A stretch of 22,047 bases of DNA, from positions 727,027-749,073 of the forward strand of contig CAJNUA010000022.1 in NCBI GenBank assembly GCA_905330235.1. The letters run 5' to 3'. The notes below the pieces were generated by a model. It ran no database searches, had not been told where the DNA came from, and saw nothing but the letters and a program-made list of their open reading frames with translations. This document shows, one piece after another, positions 18,894-22,047 of the stretch; the first letter of the stretch is position 1, and every line of letters begins with the position of its first letter. Made by a program: the position numbers and the translations under genes. The DNA is from Rotaria sp. (lineage: Eukaryota).

Positions 18894-21800
18894 AATCTAT
18901 GTTTCACTCTCTTGTGTGCCTTGATGTTCTTGCACAATCGCGTGTTTTTTTTCCAAGTTGTTTGCTTATCACCATATCGATAGCATAGGAATGAGTAAAT
19001 ATTTTTTCAAGCCTGATTCATTATGGGAAAGAGAATTACATTTGAAGGGAAAATTTATAAATCATTCATGTGGGTAAAGTTTTTTGATAACTACAAATCA
19101 ATGTTAAATAAAGAAAATTTCAAAACAATTTGTAATCAATAAATAAAAAAGTTCTTAGTGTCTGACGTACGTAGATTAAAATTAAAGAATATTTAACAAA
19201 CGTAGACATGCAATATATGAAGGTCAATTTGACATATTATTTAGAAAAAACTTCATCCTTTCACATACATAGTACAGGGCACTTTACATAATCAATTACA
19301 ATGATTAAAATCTATTCAAGAAGAATGTTATATTCTGTGGCCCGTGAAAAACTATACATTGTTCATATATCAATGCTTACTTATCAATCTTTACAACAAC
19401 AAGCCCGTTCAAAAATCACAGCAGATGATTGAGTATTATTATTATAAGCTAACACTATATGTTCATAAGTATTGGATGAGAACTCACCATCCAAAACACA
19501 ATATTTTGCTCCAGTTTTTGATTTTTCATAAGTGTATATGAGGTGATCTAAACATTGATGCTATATGTAAACATAAATGTTTAACTGACCAGAGTTCATG
19601 ATGTCTATCGATTGAGGACTGTATGAATTACACACAGACATACACTAGTAATGTAGCGATGCTTCTTGTTATTTTTAAATAAAACTATTCTCGAAACTTT
19701 TTGAACAGTCCTTGTGTTCATCATCTTTTCTATAATAGACTATCTGGAACTGATATGTTTAAAAATATATGAAACAATTCAACTGTAGCAGAGAATATTA
19801 ACTTCTTACTCCCTGACACTAATCCAATATGATTGGTGTTGAGTAAGCCACAGAAATCACTTATGCATATGCTGAAATATGACCCTTATATGGTTAAATT
19901 TAGGTGAAGTCATTTCAGTGTGACATGCTACAAATGACTCATTCCTCTTTAATTACATGAGAACTGAATTTATTGTGATTTCGATTTGTTTGTGGGTTTT
20001 TTTTGCAGTGATTTTGTCCGTATAAAGCTGGACATCAACTTGTCATGAATTATCTTTTGAAAAATAAGTCATTTCCGTAGGGAGGGGGAGGAATAATATA
20101 TAGTTAGACACTTGAAAATATGACTACTTTTCTGATTGAAGTCAAATCTTTGATTTCTACGATCGTGTCAGACTTATTAGTCTTCATGTTTTTTTTTACA
20201 ACATGGAATTACTATTGATTCGCAAGCTTGAGAATTGAAAATATGCATATTCAATACTTGTGGCGATAACTGTTTCTGTTTAAGGAGTAAAATTAAATAT
20301 AATAAATTATGTGCATTCATTCGGACGAGTGATAAACGGCTCGCCCGATTCAATCGAGTAGAAGATTCCTTAATAGCTAGTAGAGACAAGCTTTTCTTCA
20401 CCAGGCGATCTGAATTGTTCTGTGTCTTTTATATGTTTTGTGTCATAAATGAAACACTTTTTACTGATGTTGAAGACTACTACTGTAATGGGACACATGT
20501 CAGAATCCTCTATCAAGTGAAAATTTATCATATCATACTGAATATATTGTATCAATTCACCTTGACACCAAGTTATGTTATCGAAACAAAATCAAATAAT
20601 GATTTACACAGTGCTTCATAAGCTCTGAAATTCGACAAAAATTAGTGTATATACAGACCGGGGATGATCTTTGACTGAATGTATTTATACGAGATTTTAG
20701 TAATCGTGTCGATGTTTCAAATGATGCAATATTTAGTGACATATTCTCTTGCATGAATAGTAGCATTCATATAGGAAACTAATATTTAGTTGTTCAAAAA
20801 CCGATCAACAAGAGTTCTTGGTTTTCTTTTATTGAGCTGACGAACGAATGTGATATAAAAAGTAGAAAAGCAATACGTAGTTGTCACAATCGGTTAATCG
20901 AAAGATATCATTAGCCACTGATCAGATGATTACTCAGATTATATTCTGAACAAATGGTTCAAGTTCAAAAAGAAACTAAGGTGCATGAATACACCATATG
21001 TCCAACAAAACAACACTCCATAGAAAGAAGAACTTACATTTTGCAAACAGTGTCCATATCTTCCCCTGATTTTTAGCTGTTTAGTTCGCATGTAGTTTTA
21101 CTGATCATTTGAACAATGGTCTAATAATAGTCACAAATAGAAGAACAAAGTAAGTACTCATCAATTTCTACTGTTTTGTTTATTATTATAAATATTTCGG
21201 TTCCATGTAACTGTCTTTCTCACTCCGTAGTTGTTTTCGTATTTTTCACAGCATTTTTTAATTAAATGTCTCGTTAGTCAACTAGATTACAAAAAGAAAA
21301 AAATTATTCCGAACACTAGTGCTATTATTAATATCGTCAAAATCCTAGTTGAACTGTATCTGATATTGGAAACTTCCTGGAACAATCAGACAATTTTCTG
21401 AATCTAAGTCGACATACTTTACTGCACAAGATTCGTTATATATTGGCAAGAGGATGAATTTGTGATAGAAAAAGGTCTGGTATACCACGAGCTATTGCAG
21501 CTTGACATTATAGAAAAACTGTATTTAAAAAAAAGCTAATCTCAGGAATGTTTCAGTAAAACTATGAAGAAATGGGTGAAAAACATCAGCATCTTCAGTT
21601 TATAAAGTTACAAAAGCAGCTAGCTTAAAATGGTTTAAAATATTATAACAAAAAAATTGGCACATTACAATAAGATGTAGCGCATTAAATTTGCTATGAC
21701 GTTAAGAAAAAATTTGATATTACAAAAAATTCGAAGAATTCCATGTGGAATAAAGTTGAAAATACTGACTTTTACGGTAAGTTTACTTTAGAATCATTGT

Positions 21801-22047
21801 CAAATCCACAGCATGAAGGCATTTGGACAACAAATGTTGTATAAATACCACTAACAATTCATAATCGATCAAAAAGGAAGTTTGCAAGTGATATTGCCTT
21901 TGGAATGCCATCTCTTACCATGATTTGATTCCCAGAAAGGAGCCATTTGACGCTCCATCATGGTTAGACAAAACAAAAAATTGCGAAATAAAAGAAAAGA
22001 ATTTATGTGAATGATGAATTATATTCTTGATTTATTGATGACGTTTA

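Noticed and set aside
20235-20621. 128-aa plus-strand ORF (Cys-containing, MKICIFNTCGDNCFCLRSKIKYNKLCAF..)
   Set aside because: No recognisable family. It begins at a non-ATG codon in the track, is overlapped by two antisense ORFs of similar size, and the composition is typical of AT-rich non-coding DNA. I could not support any gene in 18900-22047.
1-22047. Prokaryotic-style features (operons, RBS, CRISPR arrays, defence-island architecture)
   Set aside because: The sequence is unambiguously eukaryotic. It has spliced genes with GT-AG introns, AATAAA signals, micro-exons and homologs (MVP, SLC35E) of eukaryotic families. No direct-repeat/spacer arrays are present.

Overview
This window is eukaryotic, not prokaryotic. 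It is AT-rich (about 30–35% GC), carries spliceosomal GT..AG introns that are almost all 46–75 nt, and has AATAAA-type signals. There are no operons, CRISPR arrays, rRNA or convincing tRNA genes. I can support four protein-coding loci.

1. Minus strand, 802–1200: the C-terminal part of an R-S-E-class mono-ADP-ribosyltransferase domain (TVYRD ... FLSTS ... EGEEEEILF). It has no ATG and a stop immediately upstream, so it is a terminal exon of an unmapped gene or a pseudogene fragment.

2. Plus strand, 4860–9666: a 5-exon, 350-aa gene for a TPT/SLC35E-family nucleotide-sugar/solute transporter. Its third intron is a 3.56-kb outlier filled with foldback (MITE-like) elements and a duplicated ~450-bp repeat.

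3. Plus strand, 10970–14240: major vault protein paralog A, 14 exons, 839 aa.

4. Minus strand, 15646–18715: major vault protein paralog B, 8 exons, 884 aa. It is arranged tail-to-tail (convergent) with A across a ~1.4-kb intergenic spacer.

The most interesting content is the MVP pair. The two copies are clearly homologous but only about 70% identical over most of their length. They share just 3 intron positions, against 13 introns in A and 7 in B. A third position is displaced by 4 codons and a fourth by 15 codons. Yet a ~190-bp tract spanning one shared intron is near-identical at the nucleotide level, which is the signature of recent gene conversion.

Other observations worth a second look:
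- A perfect 12-bp GC-rich hairpin in the convergent intergenic spacer.
- Polypyrimidine-AG acceptor-like sites 27–240 nt upstream of all three start codons, which could be 5'UTR intron acceptors or spliced-leader trans-splice acceptors.
- A cluster of degenerate AATCCTG-type motifs at 2100–3260.
- Lineage-specific low-complexity insertions in MVP-B.

All coordinates come from hand translation. Around 18181–18240 the ORF-track reading frame and my reading of the text differ by one base, so MVP-B exon 3's start may be off by ±1.
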